Shown: one piece after another, positions 21,546-32,178 of the stretch
How the letters are laid out: every line of letters starts with the position of its first letter
How positions within the stretch are numbered: position 1 is the first letter of the stretch
From: an uncultured Gemmatimonadales bacterium
Lineage (GTDB): Bacteria; Gemmatimonadota; Gemmatimonadetes; Gemmatimonadales; GWC2-71-9
DNA: 64,000 nt
Reading direction: 5' to 3'
NCBI GenBank assembly: GCA_963730185.1
Contig: CAVSQW010000006.1
Coordinates: 480,001-544,000, forward strand
Notes under the pieces: generated by a model
The model's input: the letters and a program-made list of their open reading frames with translations, nothing else
The model's database searches: none
Told to the model about the DNA's origin: nothing
Made by a program: the position numbers and the translations under genes

Positions 21546-24500
21546 TCACCGGATCCCGGCAGCGGGGGTGGGATCGGCGTGTCGCCAGGCGACCGGGGGC
21601 AGGAGCCGCTGGCGGGGCCAGATCTCGTTCAGGGTTTCGCCCTCGTAGACCCGCCCGTTCTTGACGACGTACCGAATCGAGTTGGTGTTCCGGATCGATT
21701 CCAGCGGGTCGCGGTCGAGGACCACGAGGTCGGCCAGCTTGCCGGGCTCGATCGAGCCCAACTCCTTGCCCAACCCGATGGCCTCGGCGCCGTAGATCGT
21801 GGCGACCCGGAGCACGTCATGTGGCGCGAGGCCGCCGGACGCGACGTCCCACATCTCCCAGTGGTATCCGAGGCCTTGGAGCTGGCCGTGGCCGCCGATG
21901 CCGGCCCGGCCGCCCGCCTGGATCAGATCGCGGATGAAGGCGGCGTGCTGCCGGAAGGCGTACTCGTCCTCGCGGAACCATCCGCCCGGTCCGGGCGATC
22001 CGCCGGCGCCCATGCCCCGGCGGCGGGTCTTCATGTCGAGCTCGGCTTCGGGCGTGAACCGCCGCAGCTTGGCGTCGTCGTGCACGTTCTCGTGGGTATA
22101 CCAGTAGTTCTCGGCCCAGGGCGCGCCGTACGATACCAGGAGGGTCGGCGTCGTGGTGGTCTGGGCGACCCGGAAGAGGCCGATCACGTCTTCGTACATC
22201 GGGGTGAGCGGGATGTTGTGCTCGACCCCGGCGTATCCGTCCATCACGTGGGTGAAGTCGAGCTTGGCCTGGAGGCCGCCCTCGGTGGTCGGCATGAGGC
22301 CGAGCTCCCGGGCCGCCATCACGATCCACTGACGCTGCTGGCGGTTCCCGGCCATGTACATCTTGAGGGTCTTGGTGTCGTAGTACTCGCTGTAGCGCTT
22401 GAGGACGTTCCGGGCGTGCTCGAGGCTCCGGATGTGCGCGCTCGAGAAGACCCCGGGCCCGGTGGAATAGATCCGGGGTCCCAGGATCTCACCTTCCTCC
22501 ACCCGATCGGAGTAGCTCAGGACGTCGGTCGTGCCGGTCTGCGGGTCGCGGGTGGTGGTGACGCCGTAGGCCAGCTCGGCCAGCAGCGCCCAGGGCTGGG
22601 CGGTGTGGACGCCGGGCGAGTGCCGAAAGTGCGCGTGGGTGTCGACGAAGCCCGGCAGGATGGTGCGGCCCGAGACGTCGATCACCCGCGCCCCCTCGGG
22701 GACCGCCACCTGTCCGCGCTTGCCTACCGCGGTGATCCGATTGTCGATGATCACGATGTCGGCGTCGTCGATGATCTCGTGATCACGCATGGTGATGGCC
22801 CGCCCCCCCTGAGCACCGCCGCGCCTCGGGGAAGGTCCCGGGTTCCGTTGACCCGGATCCGGCGCTCCACCGGCCGGTATCCCGCCCGACTGCTGTCCGC
22901 CCGCCCGGCCGAGTCGGGGGTGACCGCGCGGAGGCTGTCGTCGACCGCGCGGGCCCGTTCCAGGTCGTAGCTCACCAGCGCGTTGCCGATGGCCCAGTAG
23001 ACGGTGTGGCCGTCAGCGCTCCAGGAGGGGAACTCGCCGCCGATCTCGGTGAGCCGGCGGACCGGTACCGCCGCGGTGGCCGGGTTGGCGACCGAGACCG
23101 TCGGGGTCTCGCCGCCGACCATCGGGACCGGGATCACGTAGAAGTCCTGGCCCACTTGGGCGAGCGCCAGGTCGCCGCGGGGCGCCATGAGCACGAGGCT
23201 CGCCGCGGGCGGCGGCCCGCTCGAGCCCGGCTGCGGCTGACCGGTCACCTTGAGGTGGGTCCGCTGATCGGTGCCGTCGAACCGGAACGAGACCAGCCCG
23301 TCGTCGTCGCTGTAGGCGAAGATCCGGGTGGAATCGCCGGTGAAATGAGGGGACGAGCGGCCCGACGCGAGCGCGATCGTCACCACCTCGCCACCGTCGG
23401 CCGGGACCCAGACGAACCGGGTGCCGAGGCCCCCACCGAAGCGCTGCAAGGTCTCCTGGAGGTCGCGGGCGTCGGCTCGCATCGCGACGATTCGCCGGCC
23501 GTCGGGCGCCCAGGCGGTCTGATAGTACGTGGCGGCCGTGCGGGTGAGCTGGACCGGCTCGCCTCGACCGTCGGCCCGAGCCTTCATCACATGACCGCCC
23601 GAATCGCTCCAGGTCACGTAGGCGATCCACTGCCCGTCCGGCGACCAGGTGGGGTAGAACTCGCCGGTGGCACCGCGGGTGAGTCGGCGGGGCGTGCTGT
23701 CGGCGAGCGGCATGATCCAGACCCGGTCCAGGGCGGTGAACGCCACCGACCGGCCGTCGGGTGACGGGACCGGGTCGCGAATCTGGCGGGCGGTGAGCGT
23801 CCGGGAATCGTCCACCCGGTAGTCGAATCGGACCAGAGGACCGATCGGCACCCGGAGGTCGGCGGTGAACGGGATCTTCGCGGGCGCCGACCCGTCGACG
23901 GGCACCCGCCACAGCTCGCCACCGTACGAGAGCACCACCGCCCGGCTGTCGGGGGTGAAGGAGTAGCCGGGCAGCGCGTCCATGTCGGGCACCGCCTCGG
24001 TGTTGTCGCGCTGAATCGGGTAGGCGAGCCAGCGCTCCACCCCGGTGGCCAGCTCGCGAATCCGGAGCCCGGTCCCGGCGTCGTGCCGGCTGCCGTAGGT
24101 CAGCCACTTCCCGTCGGGCGACAGGGCCGGGCGAAAGGCCGAGCCGTAGCGCATCGACATGGTGGACTGGGCGCCAGTGAGCCGGTCGTACTGGGCCAGC
24201 TCGTAGGTCGGGAAGATGGCGTTGTACTGGAACATCCCCTGCCGGGTCGCGAACCAGACGTAGCGGGGATCGGGCCCGAACGCCGCGCCGAGGGTGGTCA
24301 GCGGCGTCGGCCCCCGCACCAGCTGGACCCCTGAGCCGCCATCCTTGTGGAAGAGCCACAGCTTGGCGCCGGTGCCGCCGGTCCGGGTGACCACGACGTA
24401 CTCGCCGTCGGGAGTCCACTCGGGCGACATGTAGTCGTGGTCGGTACCCCGGGTCACCTGGGCGGAGTCGCGGCCATCGGGCGACACGGTCCAGACGTTC

Positions 24501-24823
24501 TCGTCGCCGGTCCGATCGGAGACGAATACGATCCGCTTCCCGTCGGGGCTCCACCGGGGCTGGGCATCGTAGGCCATGCCGCTGGTGATTCGGGTGGCCC
24601 GCCCGCCGGCGATCGGCAGGGTGTAGAGGTCGCCCAGAAGGTCGAAAACCAGGGTTCTCCCGTCGGGACTCACATCCACCGACATCCAAGTGCCCCGCGA
24701 CGTAGTCATCTCCAACGTCCGGGCCGGCGTCAGGGGGAGCCCGCCCTTGGCCCGACCGGCCTCTTGGGCATGCAACGGGGCCACGACGAGGAGCGCGAGC
24801 GCGACGAGAGCAACGCGATGCAT
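21546..24823 (-). CDS. Secreted PD40/TolB-like beta-propeller plus amidohydrolase, paralog C (frameshift near 22800)
   Basis: Signal [64 protein letters not shown]. ORFs 22751..24988 and 21546..22790 join at the C-run around 22799-22809. Confidence 0.88.
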
Positions 24824-24998
24824 GGGCCTGGCCTGGTCTGGGAAGACCGGGAAGATACCGGCCAGGCGCCAGGTCGCCAGCCGCGGATCGCGAACCAGGT
24901 GGACGGGTGCCGATTCAGAGGAAACGTCGCCGATCGTCGGGCGGTTCGGTTGTGTCACGATCGCCTGGTCGAGGGATCCGATCGCCACCCGAGAACGT

Positions 24999-25035
24999 CC
25001 TCCGCGTGTCCTTTCCTCTTTCTCAGACGCGGAGG
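24999..25035 (+). promoter_or_regulatory. Hairpin sequestering the Shine-Dalgarno of the lactonase gene
   Basis: CCTCCGCGT (24999-25007) pairs perfectly with ACGCGGAGG (25027-25035), which contains the GGAGG RBS 6 nt before ATG 25042. Confidence 0.55.
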
Positions 25036-25041
25036 TGCTTC

Positions 25042-26214
25042 ATGCTGCAACGCCATCGTCTCCTCGCGCTCGCCGCCCTGCTCCTGGCCGGCGGGTGCAA
25101 CAGCGACCGGGTCACCGACCCGGCCACTTCGTCACCAGCCACCGGGCCCGCGCTCGATCGCGGCCACGGCGAGGAGCCCCGCGACGCAGGTCCGGGCGCG
25201 GTGTTCACGATGACCAACGGGTCGGCCGGGAACGACATCCTGGTCTTCCCGCGCCGGGCCGACGGGTCACTGGGCGAGCCGGCGGCGGTGCCCACCGGCG
25301 GCGTGGGCACCGGCACCGGCCTCGGCAACCAAGGAGGCCTGGCGCTGAGCGGGAACGGTCGCTGGCTCTTTGCCGTGAACGCCGGCAGCAACGACGTCAG
25401 CGCCTTCCGGGTCGGGCCGCACGGCCTTCGCCTGGTAGCGCGGGTGCCGTCGGGCGGCACGCAGCCGATCAGCCTGACCTTGAACCGAAACGTGCTCTAC
25501 GTGCTCAACGCCGGCGGCGACGGCAACATCGCCGGGTTCTGGGTCGGTTGGCGCGGCCTTGCTCCGATCCCCGGCTCGGTTCAACCGCTCTCCGGCACCG
25601 GCGTCGGTCCGGCGCAGATCGGGTTCCATCCGAGCGGCCGACTGCTGGTGGTAACGGAAAAGGCCACCAACCAGCTCACCGTCTACCGGGTCGATCAGCG
25701 GGGACGGGCCTCCGCACCGACCAGCTACGCCTCGAACGGGATGACCCCCTTCGGCTTCGCGTTCGACGGCCGGGGCACTCTGGTGGTCTCGGAGGCGTTC
25801 GGCGGAGCGACGGATGCCAGCGCCGTGTCCTCCTACCGGTTCCGCGACAACGGGGCGCCGGCCGTCCGGAGCGGAAGCGTCCCGGACACCGAGTCGGCGG
25901 CGTGCTGGATCGCGATCACCGAGAACGGCAAGTTCGCCTATACCACCAACGCGGCCAGTGGATCGATCAGCGGGTATGCGATCACCCCCGACGGCCGGCT
26001 CGAGCTGCTCGACGAGGACGGCGTAACCGGCTCGACCGGGCCGGGGAGCGGGCCGATCGACATGACGATGAGCCGGAACAGCCGCTATCTCTACTCGCTC
26101 AACAGCGGCAACGGGACGATCAGCGTGTTCCTGATCCGCGCCGGCGGCTCGCTCGAGTCGCTGGGCACCGTGAATGGCCTCCCGGCAACGGCCAATGGCC
26201 TGGCGGGATTGTGA
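25042..26214 (+). CDS. Lactonase-family 7-bladed beta-propeller lipoprotein (6-phosphogluconolactonase-like)
   Basis: Lipobox AGGC; LFAVNAGSNDVSAF, LYVLNAGG, AACWIAIT and YLYSLNSGNGTISVF blades. Confidence 0.85.
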   Translation: MLQRHRLLALAALLLAGGCNSDRVTDPATSSPATGPALDRGHGEEPRDAGPGAVFTMTNGSAGNDILVFPRRADGSLGEPAAVPTGGVGTGTGLGNQGGLALSGNGRWLFAVNAGSNDVSAFRVGPHGLRLVARVPSGGTQPISLTLNRNVLYVLNAGGDGNIAGFWVGWRGLAPIPGSVQPLSGTGVGPAQIGFHPSGRLLVVTEKATNQLTVYRVDQRGRASAPTSYASNGMTPFGFAFDGRGTLVVSEAFGGATDASAVSSYRFRDNGAPAVRSGSVPDTESAACWIAITENGKFAYTTNAASGSISGYAITPDGRLELLDEDGVTGSTGPGSGPIDMTMSRNSRYLYSLNSGNGTISVFLIRAGGSLESLGTVNGLPATANGLAGL

Positions 26215-26265
26215 TTGGTGAGTGGCGAATGGTGATTAGGGAGTGAGTGGGGAGTAGGGAGTAGT
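26213..26265 (+). repeat. Degenerate G-rich heptamer tandem repeat (GGGAGTA/GGGAGTG-like)
   Basis: gattggt gagtggc gaatggt gattagg gagtgag tggggag tagggag; shares two 15-mers with the reverse complement of the 32.1 kb repeat. Confidence 0.7.
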
Positions 26266-26271
26266 GTTGGG

Positions 26272-26298
26272 GGGGCGGCCTGGGCCGCCCCTTTCCTT
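26272..26298 (+). terminator. Rho-independent terminator-like hairpin
   Basis: GGGGCGGCC-tg-GGCCGCCCC followed by TTTCCTT, downstream of the lactonase gene. Confidence 0.6.
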
Positions 26299-26407
26299 GT
26301 CTTCGGCCGGCCCGGGCGCGACCCTCGGCGGGCATCCCGATCGGGGCCTTTCGCGCTACCTTTGGGGCCGTCCGCCGTCGCGCTCGCCCGTCTCAGGATC
26401 GGTAACG

Positions 26408-27142
26408 ATGTCCTTCTCTCCCGACCGTCCCTCACCCCGCCGGAGCTTCCTCGGCCGACTAGCCGGCGGCGTGGCCGCGCTGGGCCTGACGGGCCTGGTC
26501 ACCACCCCCGCCGAGGCGGAGGAGCCGGACGTCGATTCGGCGGGCCTCGAGCGCGATCCGCTGGCCGAGACGCCGGGCCAGAGCTGGGACATGTCGTGGG
26601 TCGACCGCGTAACCGGGAAATACCGGCAGGTGTTCGACGCGCCGGAGATCGCCGAGGGCGCCGTGGTCCATCAGGCACGGGTGTTCATGAGCGGCTTCGG
26701 CGAGGTGTACGGCGCCAAGGACCCCGAGCTGAGCGCGGTGATGGTGATCCGGCACGCCGCGATCCCGATGGCCGCCAACGATCGCCTCTGGGACGAGCTG
26801 GAGCTGGGCAAGCGGTTCAAGCTCAAGGATCCGGAGACCGGGAAGCACGCCCGGCGGAATCCTTTCCTGAACGCCAACGCGCCCCAAGGCGCCAAGTACG
26901 CGCTGATCTGGGCCGATGGCGGGCTCGACACGCTGATCGGTCGGGGCGCGATCGCGCTCTGCTGTAACCTGGCCCTGTTCCGACTGGTGTCGATGGTGGC
27001 CAAGCAGGACAAGATCGAGACCGGGGCGGCCCGCGAGAAGACGCTCGCCAATCTGGTCCCGGGCGTGATCGTGCAGCCGTCGGGAATCTTCGCGGTGGCC
27101 CGGGCCGAGGCGGCGGGATGTCAGTACATCCTGGCGACCTGA
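26408..27142 (+). CDS. Tat-exported hypothetical protein, DsrE-like fold suspected
   Basis: PRRSFLGRL twin-arginine signal; RQVFD, VMVIRHAA, GAIALCCNLAL and PGVIVQPSGIFAV...GCQYI resemble DsrE/DsrF-like elements. Confidence 0.7.
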   Translation: MSFSPDRPSPRRSFLGRLAGGVAALGLTGLVTTPAEAEEPDVDSAGLERDPLAETPGQSWDMSWVDRVTGKYRQVFDAPEIAEGAVVHQARVFMSGFGEVYGAKDPELSAVMVIRHAAIPMAANDRLWDELELGKRFKLKDPETGKHARRNPFLNANAPQGAKYALIWADGGLDTLIGRGAIALCCNLALFRLVSMVAKQDKIETGAAREKTLANLVPGVIVQPSGIFAVARAEAAGCQYILAT

Positions 27143-27158
27143 GCTCAGCCCGACCGCA

Positions 27159-27623
27159 TCAGTCGGCGCCGGCGACCTTCTTGCGGGCCTCCGACAGGTA
27201 GGCCGGCTCCAGCTCCAGCAGGCTGCCGATCTTCCGGATCAACCGGGCCTCGTGGTCGGCGATCTTCCCGTCGGCCAGGATCACACCCCACATCACCTCC
27301 GCCAGAACCATCTTCTGACCCAGGTCGTAATGCTCGGCGATGAGCCGGGTGAACTGGAACTGGTCGATCGATTGCTCCCGCTCGGCCTCGGCCAAGGCGA
27401 GCAGTTCGTCGGCCTGGGCGGCGTCGAGTCCGAAGTGACGAATCACGGCGCTCTGGATCTGGGTCCGTTCGGCATCGGCGAACTCGCCGTCGGCGTGAGC
27501 CAGCTCGAGCAGCAAGGCGCAGGCCGCGAGGGCGACGGGCTCCGGCCGCCGGCCCGGCTCGCGGGTGGCGGGTGCGTCGTGATGGATGTGGCGGGTGAAG
27601 AAGCTCCGAATGGAATCCAGCAA
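27159..27623 (-). CDS. TerB family protein
   Basis: [17 protein letters not shown]...[25 protein letters not shown] start at 27623 after a GGGAG RBS. Confidence 0.88.
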   Translation of the reverse strand: MLDSIRSFFTRHIHHDAPATREPGRRPEPVALAACALLLELAHADGEFADAERTQIQSAVIRHFGLDAAQADELLALAEAEREQSIDQFQFTRLIAEHYDLGQKMVLAEVMWGVILADGKIADHEARLIRKIGSLLELEPAYLSEARKKVAGAD

Positions 27624-27790
27624 CGTGTGACTCCCGGTGGTGCGGACGGTTCGCCCGGTCCGTCGACCGGGGCTCCGCGCATAATAGATCCCGCGAGCCA
27701 ATCTCGCATCCGAATCGGAGCGAAACCCGTCACCCGGGTCGGCCGTCGTGTGGGGAGCCCCTCGCCCGACCACCACGGAGGCCGTCGTCG

Positions 27791-28252
27791 ATGCCGGTCT
27801 ATTCGCTCCAGGTGAACGGCGCGACCCATCCCGTCGCGGTCGCCGCCGAGACCCCGCTTCTTTGGGCCCTGCGTGACGGGCTCGACCTCACCGGCACCAA
27901 GTACGGGTGCGGCGTCGGCCTCTGTGGTGCCTGCACCGTGCTGCTCGACGGCGTGGCGGTGCGTTCCTGTCAGATCCCGGCAGGCCAGGTCGGCGAGCGC
28001 CGGGTCACTACCATCGAAGGCTTGGCGGCCGGTGCCCTCCACCCGCTCCAAGAGGCCTGGATCGCGGAGGACGTCGCGCAGTGCGGCTACTGCCAGTCCG
28101 GCCAGCTGATGAGCGCCGCCGCGCTTCTGTCCCGGCATCCTCGGCCCACCGACGACGAGATCGACGAGGCCATGGCGGGGAACGTGTGCCGCTGCGGCAC
28201 CTACGGGCGGATCCGGCGAGCCATCCACCGCGCCGCCGAGGCCGGCTCGTGA
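27791..28252 (+). CDS. iorA: (2Fe-2S)-binding subunit, isoquinoline 1-oxidoreductase alpha-like
   Basis: [25 protein letters not shown] and NVCRCGTY motifs. Confidence 0.9.
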   Translation: MPVYSLQVNGATHPVAVAAETPLLWALRDGLDLTGTKYGCGVGLCGACTVLLDGVAVRSCQIPAGQVGERRVTTIEGLAAGALHPLQEAWIAEDVAQCGYCQSGQLMSAAALLSRHPRPTDDEIDEAMAGNVCRCGTYGRIRRAIHRAAEAGS

Positions 28253-30465
28253 CCGCCCCCGAGGCCTGGTCGCGACGCGAGTTTCTCCGGACCACGGCCC
28301 TGGGCGGCGGCGGGCTCCTGGTCGCGATCGCGCTGCCGGGGTGCCGTCGCGTCGGGAAGGCCGGCGGCGATTCCGACCCGCCGACCAGCCTGACGCTCTA
28401 TGTCAGGATCCAGACCGCGGGAACCACGATCCTGGCACCCAAGATCGACATGGGTCAGGGCACCAAGACGTCGCTTCCGATGATCGTGGCGGAGGAGCTG
28501 GACCTCGACTGGGGGCGGGTCCGGGTCGGGTGGGCCCCGATCGAACCGGGTTATGGATGGCAGGGCGCCGGCGGCAGCACCAGTGTGTGGGAGAGCTACG
28601 AGCCGCTCCGACGGGCCGGTGCGGCCGTCCGCGCCATGCTCCGACAGGCGGCGGCGGAGCGGTGGGGAGTCCCGATCGACGAAGTAGAGACGGATCGGGG
28701 GGTGCTCCGGCACGAGGCCTCGGGCCGTTCCGCTCCCTACGCCGAGATGGCAGCCGGGGCGGCGACGCTACCCGTTCCCGCCTGGCCGCGACTCAAGGAC
28801 CCGAACACGTTCCACGTCATCGGCCGGCCGACGGCCCAGGTGGACGCGCGGGCCATCGCCACCGGGCGCGAGCGCTACGCCTGGGACACCCGGGTCCCGG
28901 GAATGCTCCGCGCCGCCGTGGTGCGCGGCCCGATGGGCTCGACGGTCCGCGCCGTTCGGGACGACGCCGCCCGCGGGGTGCCCGGGGTGCGGCAGATCGT
29001 CCGGGTGGACCGGTCACGCCACTCCGCCCTCCCCTGGAACGGGGTCGCGGTGGTCGCCGAGTCGACCTGGGCCGCCTTTCAGGGCGCCCGGGCGCTCGAG
29101 GTGGACTGGTCCCGGGGCGCCTCCGACCTTTCATCGGCCCAGCTTCGCGAGCAGCTCCGGACGCTCGCGGCCCGACCCGGGCGATCGATCCGGGCCACCG
29201 GCGACGTCGACCAGGCCCTCCGGTCGGCCGTCACCGTGATCGAAGCCGAATACGAGCTCCCCTTCCTGGCGCACGCCCCGATGGAGCCGAATGCGTGCTT
29301 CGCGCACCTCAGGGCCGACGGTCTCACGCTCCGGGGGCCGTTTCAGGACCCCAGCGACGTGCGTCAGTTCGCCGCCGAGCTCACGGGCTTGGCGCAGGAC
29401 CAGGTGACCATCGAGCCCTGCCGTCTGGGAGGCGGGTTCGGCCGCCGGCTGGCGTCCGATCACGCCTGCGAGGCGGTGATCGTAGCCCAAGCCGTTCAGG
29501 TGCCGGTGCAGGTGGTCTGGTCCCGCGAAGACGACGTCCGCTTCGACCTCTATCGCCAGGCCGCGGTGCACCGGTTGGCCGCCGGCCTCGACCGGTCGGG
29601 ACGATTGATCGTGTTCCGGCAACGCAAGGCGAGCACCTCGCTCCGGCTCTACCGCGATCCGGCCACCCGGACCCCTGAGGACTACGAGATCTACGCCGAC
29701 GATCCGCCGGCCGGGCTAGTCCCCCACTACGCGGTGGAGTACGCGCCCCTCGCGACGCCGGTCCCGCTCGGAACCTGGCGCTCGGTGATACACTCCGGCA
29801 ACGCGTTCGCCCTCCAGGGCTTTCTCGACGAGATCGCCCGGGCGGCCGGACGCGATCCGCTGGCCTTCCAGCGTGAGCTGCTGGGCGGAGACCGCGAGCT
29901 GTCCTATGGGCAGCACGGCGGCCCGACCTGGAATCCGGGACGGCTTCGGCGGACACTCGACCTCGCGGCGGCACAGGCTCACTGGACGGCGCCGATGCCG
30001 AAGGGGCAGGGACGGGGCATTGCTGGTCACTTCACCTTCGGGAGTTACGTCGCGATGGTGGCGGAGGCGAGCGTGGCCGACGACGGGGCGGTTCGAGTCC
30101 ACCGGATCGTTGCCGCGATCGACTGCGGCACCCCGGTCAATCCGCTGGGCATCAGGGCGCAGGTGGAGGGCGGGATCCTGTACGGGCTGGCGGCGGCGCT
30201 GGGTGGGGAGATCACCCTGGCCGGCGGCCGGCCGGAGCAGTCGAACTTCCACGACTATCCCCCGCTCCGGATGGACCAGGCGCCGACGATCGAAGTCCAC
30301 GTCGTGCCCAGCGCCGAACCGCCGCGAGGCGCCGGCGAGACAGCCGTGCCCCCCGTCCTTCCCGCCGTGGCGAACGCGATCTACGCGGCCACCGGACTCC
30401 GGATCCGGCGGGCGCCGATCACGCCGGAGCGAATCCGCGAAGCGCGCGAGGCCGGGGGTGGCTAA
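28249..30465 (+). CDS. iorB: Molybdopterin-binding subunit, isoquinoline 1-oxidoreductase beta-like (Tat signal)
   Basis: SRREFL signal; [26 protein letters not shown] and GAGET motifs; GTGA overlap with the iorA-like stop. Confidence 0.88.
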   Translation: MTAPEAWSRREFLRTTALGGGGLLVAIALPGCRRVGKAGGDSDPPTSLTLYVRIQTAGTTILAPKIDMGQGTKTSLPMIVAEELDLDWGRVRVGWAPIEPGYGWQGAGGSTSVWESYEPLRRAGAAVRAMLRQAAAERWGVPIDEVETDRGVLRHEASGRSAPYAEMAAGAATLPVPAWPRLKDPNTFHVIGRPTAQVDARAIATGRERYAWDTRVPGMLRAAVVRGPMGSTVRAVRDDAARGVPGVRQIVRVDRSRHSALPWNGVAVVAESTWAAFQGARALEVDWSRGASDLSSAQLREQLRTLAARPGRSIRATGDVDQALRSAVTVIEAEYELPFLAHAPMEPNACFAHLRADGLTLRGPFQDPSDVRQFAAELTGLAQDQVTIEPCRLGGGFGRRLASDHACEAVIVAQAVQVPVQVVWSREDDVRFDLYRQAAVHRLAAGLDRSGRLIVFRQRKASTSLRLYRDPATRTPEDYEIYADDPPAGLVPHYAVEYAPLATPVPLGTWRSVIHSGNAFALQGFLDEIARAAGRDPLAFQRELLGGDRELSYGQHGGPTWNPGRLRRTLDLAAAQAHWTAPMPKGQGRGIAGHFTFGSYVAMVAEASVADDGAVRVHRIVAAIDCGTPVNPLGIRAQVEGGILYGLAAALGGEITLAGGRPEQSNFHDYPPLRMDQAPTIEVHVVPSAEPPRGAGETAVPPVLPAVANAIYAATGLRIRRAPITPERIREAREAGGG

Positions 30466-32003
30466 CCCGCCCGAGCCAGGGCGGCGCGCTCCATCTCGGC
30501 CTCGATCTCCAGGCTCTCCCGATCCCGGAAGATGGTCGCCACGGCCCGGACCTCCCGACCGACGTAGTACCGGACCCGACAGTCGAACGCATCGGGATCG
30601 CCGTCGAGCTCCGAGCGGTCCCACTGCTCGGCGTGACCGACATAGGCGATCGTCGCGTCGTAGTGCGCGCTCCAGAAGAAGGGCACGTCCGTGAAGGGGC
30701 GCTCCGCTCCCAGGACGTTCCGGGCGGCGGCCTGCCCCTGCCGCTGCGCGGCGGCCCAGTGCTCCACTCGGATCAGGTCGCCGGTCACGGGATCGGGGTA
30801 GCGAGCGGCGTCGCCGACGACGTAGAGATCGGGCGCGGCCCGGAGATACCGGTCCACCACGATGCCCCGCTCGACCCGAAGGCCCGCCGCCTCGGCAAGC
30901 GCGACCCGGGGGCGTACCCCGACGCCCGCAACCACCAGGTCGGCCTCGATCGTGGTGCCGTCGGAGAGGGTGACCGCCCCCGCGTCGACCGCGCGAGCCG
31001 TGAGGCCGAGGTGGAATGTCACGCCGCGCTTCTGGTGGAGGCGCTGGATGAAGGCGCCCAGATCCGGGCCGAGGACCCGCTCGAACAGCGTCCGCTCGGG
31101 GGCCACCACCCGAACGTCGACGCCTCGGGCCCGGAGCGCGGCCGCCACCTCGAGACCGATGAAGCTGGCGCCCAGCACCACCGAGCGGTGCCCCGCTTTC
31201 GCGTCGGCGACGATGGTCCGACTGTCGGCCAGGGTCCGGAGATACCGCACGGCGGGCCGGCCGCCACCCTCGAGGGTGAGACGAATCGGCTCCGCCCCGG
31301 GAGCGAGCAGGAGCGCGCCGTATCCGCGCCGCTCACCGCCGGCCAGCTCGACCTCGTGACGCGCCGGATCGATCGCGGCCACTTCGCGCCGCACCACCTC
31401 AACCCCCAGGTCGTCGTAAAAACCGGGCGGATGGAGCGGGATCCACTCTTCGGGCGCGTTTCCGGCCAGGTAGTCCTTGGACAGGTTGGGTCGATCGTAG
31501 GGCGCGTCGGAGTCGAGGTCGACCAGGGTCACCGGCCCAACGTAACCCTGCTTCCGAAGCTCTTCGGCAGCCGCGGATCCGGCGGCGCCGGCCCCGACGA
31601 TCAGCACCGAGGCGGGAGACACCTTGGGCGTCCGCTCCGGATGGCTAGCGGGCCACCCCGATTCGACCTTCGCACCGACGACGACCTGGCCGCCCGTTTC
31701 GGTCACCGTCCAGCGGGCGACCGGCAGGAGCGCCGGTCCGCCCACGGCTTCGCCCGTCGCGAGCGAGAAGCAGGCGTGGTGCCAGGGACACCGGATCGTC
31801 TCCCCCACCACAAGCCCCTCGGCCAGCGGGCCGCCGTAGTGGGAGCAGGTCGCTCCGATGGCGAATATCCGGTCGCCCCGGCGGACGACCACGACCGGCT
31901 CGCCACCCGCGTGACCGAGCAGCGGCTGCCCTTCGACCAGCGAATCGGCGGCGACGCCGAGAGCCAGATCGGGGCCTTGGAGAGTTGGGGGTGTGTCGGA
32001 CAT
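30462..32003 (-). CDS. Rieske (2Fe-2S) domain plus FAD-dependent pyridine nucleotide-disulfide oxidoreductase
   Basis: CSHYGGPL...CPWHHACF Rieske motifs; GAGAAG, PYDRPNLSK, GASFIGLE and VPFFWS. Confidence 0.92.
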   Translation of the reverse strand: MSDTPPTLQGPDLALGVAADSLVEGQPLLGHAGGEPVVVVRRGDRIFAIGATCSHYGGPLAEGLVVGETIRCPWHHACFSLATGEAVGGPALLPVARWTVTETGGQVVVGAKVESGWPASHPERTPKVSPASVLIVGAGAAGSAAAEELRKQGYVGPVTLVDLDSDAPYDRPNLSKDYLAGNAPEEWIPLHPPGFYDDLGVEVVRREVAAIDPARHEVELAGGERRGYGALLLAPGAEPIRLTLEGGGRPAVRYLRTLADSRTIVADAKAGHRSVVLGASFIGLEVAAALRARGVDVRVVAPERTLFERVLGPDLGAFIQRLHQKRGVTFHLGLTARAVDAGAVTLSDGTTIEADLVVAGVGVRPRVALAEAAGLRVERGIVVDRYLRAAPDLYVVGDAARYPDPVTGDLIRVEHWAAAQRQGQAAARNVLGAERPFTDVPFFWSAHYDATIAYVGHAEQWDRSELDGDPDAFDCRVRYYVGREVRAVATIFRDRESLEIEAEMERAALARAG

Positions 32004-32012
32004 GGAGAACTA

Positions 32013-32174
32013 TAGTGAATTGGGATTAGGGAGTTGGGAATAGGGAGTGAGCAGGGAGTTGGGAATAGGGAGTGAGTAGGGAGTGGGCGGCAGGGAGGGA
32101 GTAGGGAGTAGGGAGCGAACGCCGCCACTCACCAATCCCCACTCACTCCCCAATCCCTACTCCCCAATTCACTA
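32013..32174. repeat. Inverted-repeat element built from G-rich heptamers
   Basis: Terminal TAGTGAATTGGG (32013-32024) and CCCAATTCACTA (32163-32174) are perfect reverse complements; the interior is tandem GGGA(G/A)T(A/T/G) units with a C-rich mirror arm. Confidence 0.8.
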
Positions 32175-32178
32175 GTCC

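Noticed and set aside
27159..27623. Tellurite-resistance or anti-phage ter operon
   Set aside because: A solitary TerB-family gene with no other ter genes.
32013..32174. CRISPR array
   Set aside because: Units are 7-bp degenerate tandem repeats with no unique spacers and no cas genes.
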